DNA of 46,246 nt from Pseudomonadota bacterium. Its GTDB lineage: Bacteria > Pseudomonadota > Alphaproteobacteria > UBA2136 > UBA6156. Every line of letters begins with the position of its first letter. Within the stretch, counting starts at the first letter, position 1. The stretch is from NCBI GenBank assembly GCA_009927255.1, contig RFNJ01000125.1, positions 1-46,246 on the forward strand. The letters run 5' to 3'. The notes below the pieces were generated by a model. It did no database searches and was not told the DNA's origin. It saw nothing but the letters and a program-made list of their open reading frames with translations. Below are positions 16,891 through 25,146 of the stretch, piece after piece. The position numbers and the translations under genes were made by a program.

Positions 16891-18006
16891 ATGATGCGGC
16901 GCGGCAAAACAGTGGCAGTGGTGGGCGAAGGTGCTGTTGCGGGGCAAATGGTGGCGGCGATTGGCGCTTTGGCCGGTGTGGCGCAGGTGCGGCAGGTGGC
17001 GGTGGAAGAGTTTAGCAATCCGCAAAGGTATGATGTGGTGGTGGAAGCGGTGGGTGGGGTGGCGGGGGCTTACAAGGTGGCGATGGGGGCTTTGAGCCAA
17101 GGGGTGGACTGTGTGGTGAGTAGTCCGTTTTTGCTGGCGGCGCATGGCGAGGTTTTGGCAGCGGCGGGGCGCGGGCAGGGGGCACGGTTGGGCGTTTGTG
17201 CCGCAGGATTTGGTGTGCCGGTGGTGCCGCTGGTGCAGGCGGTGGCGGCGTGGCGAGTGGTGTTTGGGTTGGGGGGTGGGAATATTTTATTTAATCGCAT
17301 GCGGGCGCGGCAGGAGAGTATGGCGCAGGCGGAGCGGCAGTTGGAGTTGCAGCAAGCTGACCTGAGTGACCGTGCGGGCAAGGTGACGCTGGCACGGGCG
17401 GTGGCGCTGGCGGGAGCGTGGCAGAGCGTGTGGCATGGCAGTAAGGCGGCGGCGGTGCAGCGCGGCAGTGTGGATGGTGTGGATGTGGGGTTGATGCGGC
17501 AGTTGCGGGGTTTGGGATTGGAATTGGTGATGGCGGCGCAGGTGGATGCGGCGGCGGTTTATGCCGGGCCGTTGGCGGTGCCGGTGGGCAGTGCTTTGGC
17601 GGATGGATTGTTGGCCGGTGAGAATGTGCTGGTGGCCGAGCATGCGACGGGTGAAGCAGTGGTGCGGTTGGTGGCGGATGAGGTGGCGCTGGGTGTGGCG
17701 GGTGTGGTGGCGGATATGCGCGAGATTGTGCGTGGGGTGTGGGCGGAAGTGGTGGGTGGTGCTGTGGCGGCAGGTGAAGATGTGGAGATGCAGCAGGTGG
17801 TCTTTTGTGGTTATTCTAAGCGTGGTGCGGTGTTGGATGCAGTGGAGCAGGTGGTTTACGAAAAAGTGGCAACGGATGGGCAGTGGCAAGCGGTGGTGCG
17901 CGGGGCCGATTTTGCCAGCCTACGGATGCGCTTGCCGGAGGCGGTGATTGTGCCGATGGCGGGTGGGTGGGAGGTGCCGGCTGGTGGGTTGCGGTTGGTG
18001 GGGTGA
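16891..18006 (+). CDS. Homoserine dehydrogenase-like protein, highly divergent and Ala/Val/Gly-rich
   Basis: VAVVGEGAVAG Rossmann start. DVVVEAVGG....A..ALSQGVDCVVSS..LLA.HG.VL..A aligns with Hom DVV.E..GG....AL..G..VVTANK.L.A..G.EL. It lacks the NK of the TANK motif and has no recognisable ACT domain. Confidence 0.4.
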   Translation: MMRRGKTVAVVGEGAVAGQMVAAIGALAGVAQVRQVAVEEFSNPQRYDVVVEAVGGVAGAYKVAMGALSQGVDCVVSSPFLLAAHGEVLAAAGRGQGARLGVCAAGFGVPVVPLVQAVAAWRVVFGLGGGNILFNRMRARQESMAQAERQLELQQADLSDRAGKVTLARAVALAGAWQSVWHGSKAAAVQRGSVDGVDVGLMRQLRGLGLELVMAAQVDAAAVYAGPLAVPVGSALADGLLAGENVLVAEHATGEAVVRLVADEVALGVAGVVADMREIVRGVWAEVVGGAVAAGEDVEMQQVVFCGYSKRGAVLDAVEQVVYEKVATDGQWQAVVRGADFASLRMRLPEAVIVPMAGGWEVPAGGLRLVG

Positions 18007-18043
18007 CCGGATGACAGGATGGCCGGATTACCGGGTGACAGGA

Positions 18044-18067
18044 AGGGGCCTTGCGGCCCCTTTTTTA
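18044..18067 (+). terminator. Rho-independent terminator
   Basis: aggggcc-ttgc-ggcccct stem-loop followed by tttttt, 38 nt after the stop at 18006. Confidence 0.7.
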
Positions 18068-18083
18068 GTGGTTGGTTTGTTGG

Positions 18084-18494
18084 CTATTTGCCTTTTTTCA
18101 GCAGGTCGCGGATTTGGGTGAGGAGTTCTTCTTGGGTTGGGCCTTTGGGCGCGGCAGGGGCTTCCTTGGGCTTGGGCATCATTTTGTTCATGAGTTTAAC
18201 CATCAAGAAGATGGCGAAGGCGATGATGGTGAAGTCGACAATTGTTTGCAGGAAGGCGCCGTAGCCGATGTTGACGGCGGGAGAGTCGGCATACAGCGCG
18301 CCTTTGGCCATGAGGGTTAGGGCGAGGTCTTTGACGTTCACGCCGGCGATGAGGAAGCCGACGATGGGCATGATGATACTATCAACGAGCGCACTGACGA
18401 TTTTGCCGAAGGCGGTACCGATGACCACACCGACGGCGAGGTCGACCACGTTTCCGCGCATGGCGAAGGCTTTAAATTCTTGGAATATACTCAT
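18084..18494 (-). CDS. mscL: Large-conductance mechanosensitive channel
   Basis: [33 protein letters not shown] is the canonical MscL N-terminus. 136 aa with two TM segments. Confidence 0.9.
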   Translation of the reverse strand: MSIFQEFKAFAMRGNVVDLAVGVVIGTAFGKIVSALVDSIIMPIVGFLIAGVNVKDLALTLMAKGALYADSPAVNIGYGAFLQTIVDFTIIAFAIFLMVKLMNKMMPKPKEAPAAPKGPTQEELLTQIRDLLKKGK

Positions 18495-18613
18495 GGAGGG
18501 AGCTTTCTGTTAGGGGTTTGAATTTTTTTGAAAATAGCTTGGGTTGGGGGGGTTGGCAAGGGGGGCGGGTTAAGGGATGAACGGGTTAACGGATGCAGGG
18601 GGTTTTGCTGAGG

Positions 18614-18846
18614 GCCCGCCTTCGCCCGCGCTGCGCTTTGGGCTTCGGCGCGCAGCTATTTTGCTAAGCTCGCTGCGCTCACTAAGCAAAATATGCTGAA
18701 TTTTGTTAATGGGCCCCAGCCTTCGCTGGGGCAGAAATTCGCTACGCTCATTAAGAAAATTATGCTGATGGTGGGGAGAGGGTCCTCGGCTACGCCAAGG
18801 ACAGCTATTTTGCTAAGTTCACTTCGTTCACTAAGCAAAATATGCT
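18614..18846. repeat. Three tandem units of the palindromic repeat family, abutting the 3' end of tRNA-Thr
   Basis: Units lie at about 18614-18698, 18711-18768 and 18781-18846. Each is a GC hairpin (gctgcgc../..gcgcagc; gccccagc/gctggggc; gtcctcgg/ccaaggac) followed by (ctattttgc)taa...taagcaaaatatgctg. Confidence 0.8.
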
Positions 18847-18920
18847 GGTGCCGGCTGAGAGGATTGAACTCCCGACCTTCGGTTTACAAAACCGCTGCAC
18901 TACCGCTGTGCTAAGCCGGC
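18846..18920 (-). tRNA. tRNA-Thr (anticodon UGU)
   Basis: The reverse complement folds as a cloverleaf: acceptor GCCGGCT/AGCCGGC, anticodon loop TTTGTAA, T-loop GGTTCAATCC-like (GAGTTCAATCC), encoded CCA. 75 nt. Confidence 0.85.
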
Positions 18921-19018
18921 GACCGAGGAGGTTTTGGCATATTTTATTTAGTTTGGCTAGATATCTTGCTTGGAGATGTGCGTTGGGATTAGCATGGAGA
19001 GGTTAAGTCGCTTTTTAC

Positions 19019-19315
19019 ATGGAGACTACCATGACGAACCGGACCACGGTTGACCTTGACTTTCGGCGGCAGGTGGAGGGGTTTTCGCTGACTACGGCGG
19101 AGATTCTTTACCGGATGCCGGATTATCGCCACTTGCTGCAAACCTTTGTGTGGCAGCAGTATGATATGTTCCCGCAGTTCCCCAAGCTGCATGCGTTTTT
19201 GCAGTTTTGGCAGCGCCAGTTGGATGGGCCACTGGTGCAGGTGCGGGTGGCGCATGCGCAGTTGATTCGGCCTGCTGAACTGAAGCTGGTGGGGGCGGAG
19301 TTGCGCTTGCATTAG
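19019..19315 (+). CDS. usg: Usg-family protein (alphaproteobacterial)
   Basis: LTTAEILYRMPDYRHLLQTFVWQQYDMFPQFPKLHAFLQFWQRQLDGPLVQVRVAH matches my memory of the Usg family signature. An alternative start at 19031 has a better SD (GGAGA). Confidence 0.6.
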   Translation: METTMTNRTTVDLDFRRQVEGFSLTTAEILYRMPDYRHLLQTFVWQQYDMFPQFPKLHAFLQFWQRQLDGPLVQVRVAHAQLIRPAELKLVGAELRLH

Positions 19316-19342
19316 CCTTAGCTTAACCATAGGCGATTCACG

Positions 19343-19370
19343 ACAGGCAGCTACGAGGCTGCCTGTTTTT
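19343..19370 (+). terminator. Rho-independent terminator between the convergent usg and clpX genes
   Basis: acaggcagc-tacgag-gctgcctgt stem followed by ttttt. The T-run overlaps the clpX stop codon. Confidence 0.7.
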
Positions 19371-20694
19371 ATGCACTTTTTTTGCCGGCTTTTTTTTCGG
19401 GCTTGCCTTCGGTGTAGATTTTGAGTGGTTCGCCGCCGTCGGTGATGTTTTTTTGGTTGATCACCACCTCTTCCACCCCTTGCTGGCCGGGGAGGTCGAA
19501 CATGGTATCGAGCAGTACGTTTTCCAGGATAGCGCGCAGGCCGCGGGCGCCGGTTTTGCGCTTGATGGCTTGGGTGGCGACTTCTTTGAGGGCTTCCTTA
19601 GCAAAGGTGAGGCGCACGTTTTCCATGGCGAAGAGCTGCTGGTACTGCTTGACCAGCGCGTTTTTCGGTTCGCTGAGGATTTGCATGAGAGCGGCTTCGT
19701 CGAGGTCGTTCAGCATGGCGAGGACGGGGAGGCGGCCGACAAATTCGGGGATGAGGCCGAATTTTACCAAGTCTTCTGGCTCGGCGTGTTGGAAGAGTTC
19801 GCCTACGCCGCGCTTATCTTCCTGCGCGACTTCGGCATTAAAGCCGATGCTGCGCTTGCGCAGGCGCTGGGCGATGACTTTTTCCAGGCCAGCGAAGGCA
19901 CCGCCGCAAATAAACAGGATGTTGCTGGTATCGACTTGCAAGAACTCTTGCTGTGGGTGTTTGCGTCCGCCTTGGGGGGGGACGCTGGCGACGGTGCCTT
20001 CAATCAGCTTAAGGAGCGCTTGCTGCACGCCTTCGCCGCTGACATCGCGGGTGATGCTGGGGTTATCGCCCTTGCGGCTGATTTTGTCGATTTCATCGAT
20101 ATAGACAATTCCGCGTTGTGCGCGTTCGACATTGTAATCACTCGCTTGCAATAGCTTTAGAATAATATTTTCAACGTCTTCACCCACATAGCCTGCTTCG
20201 GTGAGAGTGGTGGCATCGGACATGGTAAATGGTACATCGAGAATTCGTGCCAAGGTTTGTGCCAGCAGTGTTTTGCCGCTGCCGGTGGGGCCGATGAGCA
20301 GGATGTTGCTTTTGGCGATTTCCACTTCGGGCTTTTTGCCGTCTTTGCCGAGGCCGCTGGCGTGTTCGAGGCGTTTGTAGTGGTTATAAACCGCCACGCT
20401 TAAGATGCGCTTGGCGCGCACTTGGCCGATGACGTAATCATCGAGAATTGCCATGATTTCTTGCGGGGTGGGCAGTTTGCCTTCTTTACCCAAGGCCTTG
20501 GCGGCGGGGCCGGTGCCACCGCTGGCGGAGACTTCTTCCTCACGGATGATATCCATGCACAGGCGTACGCATTCATCGCACACAAACACCGTGGGGCCGG
20601 CAATCAGCTTACGGACTTCGTGCTGGCTTTTGCCGCAAAAGCTGCAATACAGCGTGCCGCCGGGGGTTTGCGGTGTTTCGGTTTTTTTGGCCAT
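19369..20694 (-). CDS. clpX: ATP-dependent Clp protease ATP-binding subunit ClpX
   Basis: Zinc-binding N-domain ([13 protein letters not shown]....VCDECV), Walker A GPTGSGKT, Walker B YIDEIDK. Confidence 0.95.
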   Translation of the reverse strand: MAKKTETPQTPGGTLYCSFCGKSQHEVRKLIAGPTVFVCDECVRLCMDIIREEEVSASGGTGPAAKALGKEGKLPTPQEIMAILDDYVIGQVRAKRILSVAVYNHYKRLEHASGLGKDGKKPEVEIAKSNILLIGPTGSGKTLLAQTLARILDVPFTMSDATTLTEAGYVGEDVENIILKLLQASDYNVERAQRGIVYIDEIDKISRKGDNPSITRDVSGEGVQQALLKLIEGTVASVPPQGGRKHPQQEFLQVDTSNILFICGGAFAGLEKVIAQRLRKRSIGFNAEVAQEDKRGVGELFQHAEPEDLVKFGLIPEFVGRLPVLAMLNDLDEAALMQILSEPKNALVKQYQQLFAMENVRLTFAKEALKEVATQAIKRKTGARGLRAILENVLLDTMFDLPGQQGVEEVVINQKNITDGGEPLKIYTEGKPEKKAGKKSA

Positions 20695-20881
20695 TGGCGG
20701 CGCCTTTCTCTCAAAATCGACCCATCCTCAGCTACGTGGCACTGTTGTGTCAAGCCAAACTATCCCTATGGCCGGTTATCCCGTGGCTTAACAATCACTT
20801 GACATATCTGCCATCTTTTTGCAAAACCATTGCTACGAGGCACCACCTATCCGTTCAACCCCGCCTCGTTGGAGACAGTCG

Positions 20882-21232
20882 ATGTCTAACATTGTTGCCA
20901 TGCCTAAAGCTTTTGGCAAAAAAAAGCCGTTTGTTAGGACCCCCATTGCCGCTGGTTTTAGTAGCATGTTCTATAAAGATCGTCCGCCACGGCCAGTGTT
21001 TATCAATTACAGTCGAGACCCTGATATTCATCAGCGTATTTTCAAGCTCTTGCAAACCCAGGGTGCCATGCCGCTGATGGACATTCAAACCAACCTTGGT
21101 TGCGAGACTGGGAGCGATGAAAACGTGGTTGCCACGGCTCTCTCTGCCCTGCTGTTGAAAGGAACTGTATGTGAAAGCGGCAGGTTCTCAAGAATTGGCG
21201 GCGTCCGCTACCCCCGCTACCGGTTGGCTTAA
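20882..21232 (+). CDS. Small hypothetical protein, possible winged-helix DNA binder, inserted between clpP and clpX on the opposite strand
   Basis: GGAGA SD 8 nt upstream of the ATG at 20882, with its own terminator at 21273. IHQRIFKLLQTQGAMPLMDIQTNLG...VATALSALLLKGTV...RYRL resembles a wHTH layout. That reading is inference only. Confidence 0.45.
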   Translation: MSNIVAMPKAFGKKKPFVRTPIAAGFSSMFYKDRPPRPVFINYSRDPDIHQRIFKLLQTQGAMPLMDIQTNLGCETGSDENVVATALSALLLKGTVCESGRFSRIGGVRYPRYRLA

Positions 21233-21272
21233 CGCTGCTAACTTGGCGAGCAAGGAGCAAAGCTCTACACTT

Positions 21273-21299
21273 CCCCTGCCACTAGGCAGGGGATTTTTT
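21273..21299 (+). terminator. Rho-independent terminator
   Basis: cccctgcc-acta-ggcagggg stem followed by attttttc. Confidence 0.7.
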
Positions 21300-21314
21300 C
21301 ACATTATCTGCCGC

Positions 21315-21941
21315 CTACTTCTTCTTCCCCACTTCACTGCGCTTCACCAACACATGGTCAACCAGCCCATATTTCTGTGCTTCGGCGGCGGTCATGAAGT
21401 TGTCACGTTCGGTGTCTTCGGCAATTTTCGCCATGCTTTGGCCAGTGTGGCCCGCCAAAATACTGTTAATCATATCCCGCGTGCGCTTAATTTCCTCGGC
21501 CTGAATCAAAATATCCGTCGCCTGCCCCTGCGCCCCGCCCAACGGCTGATGAATCATCACCCGCCCATTGCTGAGGGCATAGCGCTTGCCCTTCGCCCCA
21601 CCGGCCAGCAACACCGCACCCATGCTCGCCGCCTGCCCCACCACAATGGTCGAAACATCGCACTTAATATACTGCATCGTGTCATAAATCGCCATCCCTG
21701 CTGTTACCACCCCGCCGGGGCTGTTAATATAAAGGCTGATGTCCGCTTCGGGGTTTTCGCTCTCCAAAAACAGCAACTGCGCCACAATCAAATTCGCCAT
21801 GTGGTCTTCCACTTGGCCGGTACAGAACACTACACGCTCCTTCAGCAAGCGGCTATAAATATCATAGGCGCGCTCGCCGCGTGCGGTTTGTTCCACCACC
21901 ATTGGCACCAGTTGGGCCATTAGTTCATCGCGCGTCATCAT
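21315..21941 (-). CDS. clpP: ATP-dependent Clp protease proteolytic subunit
   Basis: Typical ClpP sequence ([57 protein letters not shown]). Confidence 0.95.
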   Translation of the reverse strand: MMTRDELMAQLVPMVVEQTARGERAYDIYSRLLKERVVFCTGQVEDHMANLIVAQLLFLESENPEADISLYINSPGGVVTAGMAIYDTMQYIKCDVSTIVVGQAASMGAVLLAGGAKGKRYALSNGRVMIHQPLGGAQGQATDILIQAEEIKRTRDMINSILAGHTGQSMAKIAEDTERDNFMTAAEAQKYGLVDHVLVKRSEVGKKK

Positions 21942-21971
21942 CCGTATTCTCCTGTTGTTTTTATTTTTGTT

Positions 21972-23024
21972 TTACCCTCGCCGCAGCAGGCGCAGCATCA
22001 TACCAGTTGCGTGGTGCGGGGTAAAAAACTTTTCGGCGTTGAGCATTTCGGGCTTAGGTTCGAGTTTTTCCACCATGCTTTGGAGTTCGGGGAAGCTGTG
22101 GTGGTGCTGGTATTGGTGCGAACCAAAGTAGTTAAATGTATGGAGCACTCCGACCCGATAGAGCTGCCGCCAGCGCTCGCGTCCGGCAATGCTGGTAGGC
22201 ACATCGCCACGGCGCATCCAATCGGCCTTTTCGAGAAACCAACCCAAAAATGGTACAAAGCGTAGCGCGCTCATGAGGTGTGCATAGCCGAGGCGGAAGC
22301 TAAAGGGGAGGCTGGAGATAAAAACACGTAGGGTGCTGTAGATGCGGTGGCGCCAGCGGGTGATGTGGGTGCTATCGTTACGGGTGTAGCAGTTAAAGGC
22401 GAGTTCGCTGCCGGCACCGGTGACGCGCCAAAGTTCGGTGAGTGTGCGTTGTACATTGGGGGTGTGTTGAATAGCGTTGTGGCACATGACAAGCCCGCCA
22501 GCGGGGGCGAGTTCGGCACCAATGGCTTCATCGCGCAGGGGGATTTGGTCAATACTGCATTGAATAATATCGACATTTTTGACTTCACGCAGGTTATCTG
22601 CCATGACCCCGTCTACACTCTGCGAAAGTTCGAGGCCAATAACATGCTTGGCGCCGGCTTCGACCATCCACTTGATTTGCATGCCGCTGCCGCTGCCGGT
22701 ATCGAGCACCAACTTATCTTTCATCCAGGCAATTCCGCCAAAGGTCGGGTTCATGCCGAATTCTAGAAAATGCTCTTTAAAGCGGTCATAGTTAAAAAAA
22801 TTCCACTGGTCGCCAAAGGCTTCCACCGCGGCATGGTTTTCCACCTCGGGCGGCGGCACAAAGCGCGGCACACCGCGCACCACGGGGTAGCGCCGCTTCG
22901 GGTCTTTCGTGCTGACCAACATGCCGCTGGTAATAGTGCCATCGGGCGCCATTTCGGCGTCCACCAGCTTTAAGGGTGCACGGGTTACCGGGCACATCAG
23001 CAGGGGCAGTAAAAAAGGAGTCAT
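21972..23024 (-). CDS. Class I SAM-dependent methyltransferase with an N-terminal Trm112-like segment
   Basis: N-terminus LLMCPVTRAPLKLVD ... YPVVRGVPRFV is Trm112/DUF343-like. Motif I is VLDTGSGSG. Confidence 0.6.
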   Translation of the reverse strand: MTPFLLPLLMCPVTRAPLKLVDAEMAPDGTITSGMLVSTKDPKRRYPVVRGVPRFVPPPEVENHAAVEAFGDQWNFFNYDRFKEHFLEFGMNPTFGGIAWMKDKLVLDTGSGSGMQIKWMVEAGAKHVIGLELSQSVDGVMADNLREVKNVDIIQCSIDQIPLRDEAIGAELAPAGGLVMCHNAIQHTPNVQRTLTELWRVTGAGSELAFNCYTRNDSTHITRWRHRIYSTLRVFISSLPFSFRLGYAHLMSALRFVPFLGWFLEKADWMRRGDVPTSIAGRERWRQLYRVGVLHTFNYFGSHQYQHHHSFPELQSMVEKLEPKPEMLNAEKFFTPHHATGMMLRLLRRG

Positions 23025-23177
23025 GAAAGCATATAACTTTTATTCGCCGCTCAATCATAGTCCTATGAACAGTATTCGCTCATTTTTCTAGGGGGGGGTG
23101 TTAAAATAAAGGAGAACACTTATATTAGTAACATGATGAGACTAAACATATAAACCTATCCAACTGGAGCAATCGCC

Positions 23178-23579
23178 ATGAAATTTAATCACCAAGATAC
23201 AGAATTTCAAAAATCACTCATGAAAGAGGTCGAAAAACTTAAAGATTTCCATAATTTAGATCTTTCTACGATACAAGACATCGTGATGGAAGGTATGGCA
23301 CTTTACCTTGAGGACAATACCATCACTGCTGGTGATGCTCTTACTCGTTCAATCAAAAATCTAAACGATGCTGAAGATATCCGAATGTTTGGCAGTGTGT
23401 TTATGGGAGAAGTTGATAGGTTTATAAGACGTCACCCAACAATAGCACAATGGGATTCATCGTTAATTGTTGAATTAAAACAAAAAATTGAAGATGCTCA
23501 TAATTCAAACCCTAAATTAGATGTTAATGGTGCATTTGAGGCAGGCTTAGCAGCACTTCAACAAGTGCATAACAGATAA
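23178..23579 (+). CDS. Hypothetical protein (133 aa) in a visibly A+T-rich islet
   Basis: Clean ORF with GGAG upstream. Its codon usage and base composition are very unlike the neighbours. No recognisable motifs, signal peptide or TM segment. Confidence 0.5.
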   Translation: MKFNHQDTEFQKSLMKEVEKLKDFHNLDLSTIQDIVMEGMALYLEDNTITAGDALTRSIKNLNDAEDIRMFGSVFMGEVDRFIRRHPTIAQWDSSLIVELKQKIEDAHNSNPKLDVNGAFEAGLAALQQVHNR

Positions 23580-23604
23580 TACAACCCTAAAAATTCCTCT
23601 ACTC

Positions 23605-24930
23605 CTACTGCAACTCCGCCAAAAGTGCCTGCGCACTCACCTTCTTTTCGCTCACTTCGGCTTGTGCCAGCAACCATGCGGTTACTTTATCCTCCAGCAC
23701 TGGCCCCACCAGCTGTTGGCGGTTGGCAGGGTTGGCAAAGTAAGCACGCGCTTGGTCAGCTTGTGGCCCCGCAGCTTCTACTTGGTCGGCCACTGCTTTT
23801 TCAAGATCAGCCTGCCCAACCTCAATCTTTTGCGCTTTGGCAACTGCTGCCAAAATCAAGCCCAAACGCACGCGGCGCTCCGCCAATGGCTTTAAGCTGG
23901 CAAATACTTCTTCCACGCTGCCAAGGCTTTCCACTGGTTGGCGGCGGGCTTGCAGCTCTTGCAACTGGGCTTGCCACAAGGCCTTCAGTTCAGCTTCCAC
24001 CAAACCCAGCGGCAGCATAAACTTATTGGCTTCGTCCAGCGCATCCAGCAACTGGCGCTTCAGGCGTTGTTCGGTGGCTTGGGCTAGTTCGCGCACCGCG
24101 CCTTTGCGCATAATGTCTTTTAGTGCGTCCAGGCTCTCAAAGCCCATCTTTTTGGCCGCTGCATCATCCAGCGCATCACCTTGTGGCGTTTCAATCTTCC
24201 CAATCTCCACCTTAAAAACAGCAGGCTTACCGGCCAGCTTCGGCGCATGATATTCCTTCGGGAACGTCACCTTCAACTCCACCTTCTCCCCCGCACTCAC
24301 GCCTACCAAACCATCCTCAAAACCCGGAATCAGCTGCCCCGAACCCAGCACAACAGCAAAATCCTTCAAATTTCCACCTTCAAAAGCTTCATCGCCCACA
24401 TAACCTTGGCCGCTAAAGGTCACACGGTCGCCCTTGGCGGCCTTGCCTTTTTTCTCGCCATAGGTTTGCATTTGGGTTTGCAGGCGGCTCAGCGCGTTAT
24501 CAATCAACGCTTCATCTGGCTCGGCAGTCTCGCGCACCAGCTTCAGTTTCTCAAAGCCCTTCGGCTCCACCACAGGATAAACCTCTAGCTCCGCCTTAAA
24601 GCTAAAATCTTGGCCTTCCACCACCTTAAAACCTTCCACCGGCCCGTCGTTGTGCACGCGCGGTTGACCGGCCACATTCAGCTCTTTTTGCTTAATTGCG
24701 GCAGGAAGTGCCTCACGCACCAGCTCTTGCGCCACATCGCGAGCTACATCTTCGCCCATTTTTTGGCGCACCACGCTAGCGGGCACTTTGCCGGGGCGGA
24801 AACCTTGAATCTTGGCCGTTTTGGCCATTGCCACCACGCGGCTTTCAAATTGCGCGGCCACTTTGGCGGCTGGAACAGTAATTTGTAAGGTTTTTGCCAA
24901 GCCTTGGCCGTCGGTCAGTTGAACATTCAT
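23605..24930 (-). CDS. tig: Trigger factor
   Basis: 441 aa. N-terminal ribosome-binding motif (GFRPGKVP), a central FKBP-like region (GQLIPGFEDGLVG) and a C-terminal helical arm. Confidence 0.9.
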   Translation of the reverse strand: MNVQLTDGQGLAKTLQITVPAAKVAAQFESRVVAMAKTAKIQGFRPGKVPASVVRQKMGEDVARDVAQELVREALPAAIKQKELNVAGQPRVHNDGPVEGFKVVEGQDFSFKAELEVYPVVEPKGFEKLKLVRETAEPDEALIDNALSRLQTQMQTYGEKKGKAAKGDRVTFSGQGYVGDEAFEGGNLKDFAVVLGSGQLIPGFEDGLVGVSAGEKVELKVTFPKEYHAPKLAGKPAVFKVEIGKIETPQGDALDDAAAKKMGFESLDALKDIMRKGAVRELAQATEQRLKRQLLDALDEANKFMLPLGLVEAELKALWQAQLQELQARRQPVESLGSVEEVFASLKPLAERRVRLGLILAAVAKAQKIEVGQADLEKAVADQVEAAGPQADQARAYFANPANRQQLVGPVLEDKVTAWLLAQAEVSEKKVSAQALLAELQ

Positions 24931-25005
24931 GGTCTTTTCCCCTCATTTTTCATCTTCTCAATTCCCCCAACTAACCCTCCTGCCAGCCTTAGAAATTAGG
25001 CTAAA

Positions 25006-25082
25006 GTGGGGCGAACGACGGGTTTCGAACCCGCGACAACAGGATCCACAATCCTGTGCTCTACCAGCTGAGCTACGTCCGC
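25006..25082 (-). tRNA. tRNA-His (anticodon GUG)
   Basis: Reverse-complement cloverleaf with anticodon loop TTGTGGA. An extra 5' G(-1) sits opposite discriminator C, as in bacterial tRNA-His. Encoded CCA. Confidence 0.85.
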
Positions 25083-25146
25083 CACCGGTCAGCCGCCACG
25101 GTTTGCCTCAATTTACCCATTTTGGCAATAGCCGATTTTCGTGAGG

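Noticed and set aside
16828-17145. A 106-codon N-terminal extension of the phaC ORF. Similar extensions exist for lon (32471-32512), the methyltransferase-like gene (31413-31592), mraY (4353-4400) and ftsQ (12039-12095).
   Set aside because: The extensions are His/Arg-rich or otherwise non-homologous. Internal ATGs give canonical family N-termini and better SD spacing. The phaC extension would also overlap the divergent hom-like gene.
18614-18846. The tandem repeat array next to tRNA-Thr as a possible CRISPR array.
   Set aside because: The units have unequal length and each contains internal hairpins. There are no constant-length unique spacers, no leader and no cas genes. The same unit occurs singly at 1.8 kb and 28.65 kb.
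20695-20881. The skew switch at 20.7 kb as the replication terminus (dif), and the switch at 30.67 kb as oriC.
   Set aside because: I saw no dif-like ATAATGTATATTATG core near 20.7 kb. At 30.67 kb there are no clustered TTATCCACA-type DnaA boxes and no intergenic space at all, because two stop codons overlap. The two switches are only 10 kb apart. A terminus at 20.7 kb cannot be excluded without whole-replicon skew.
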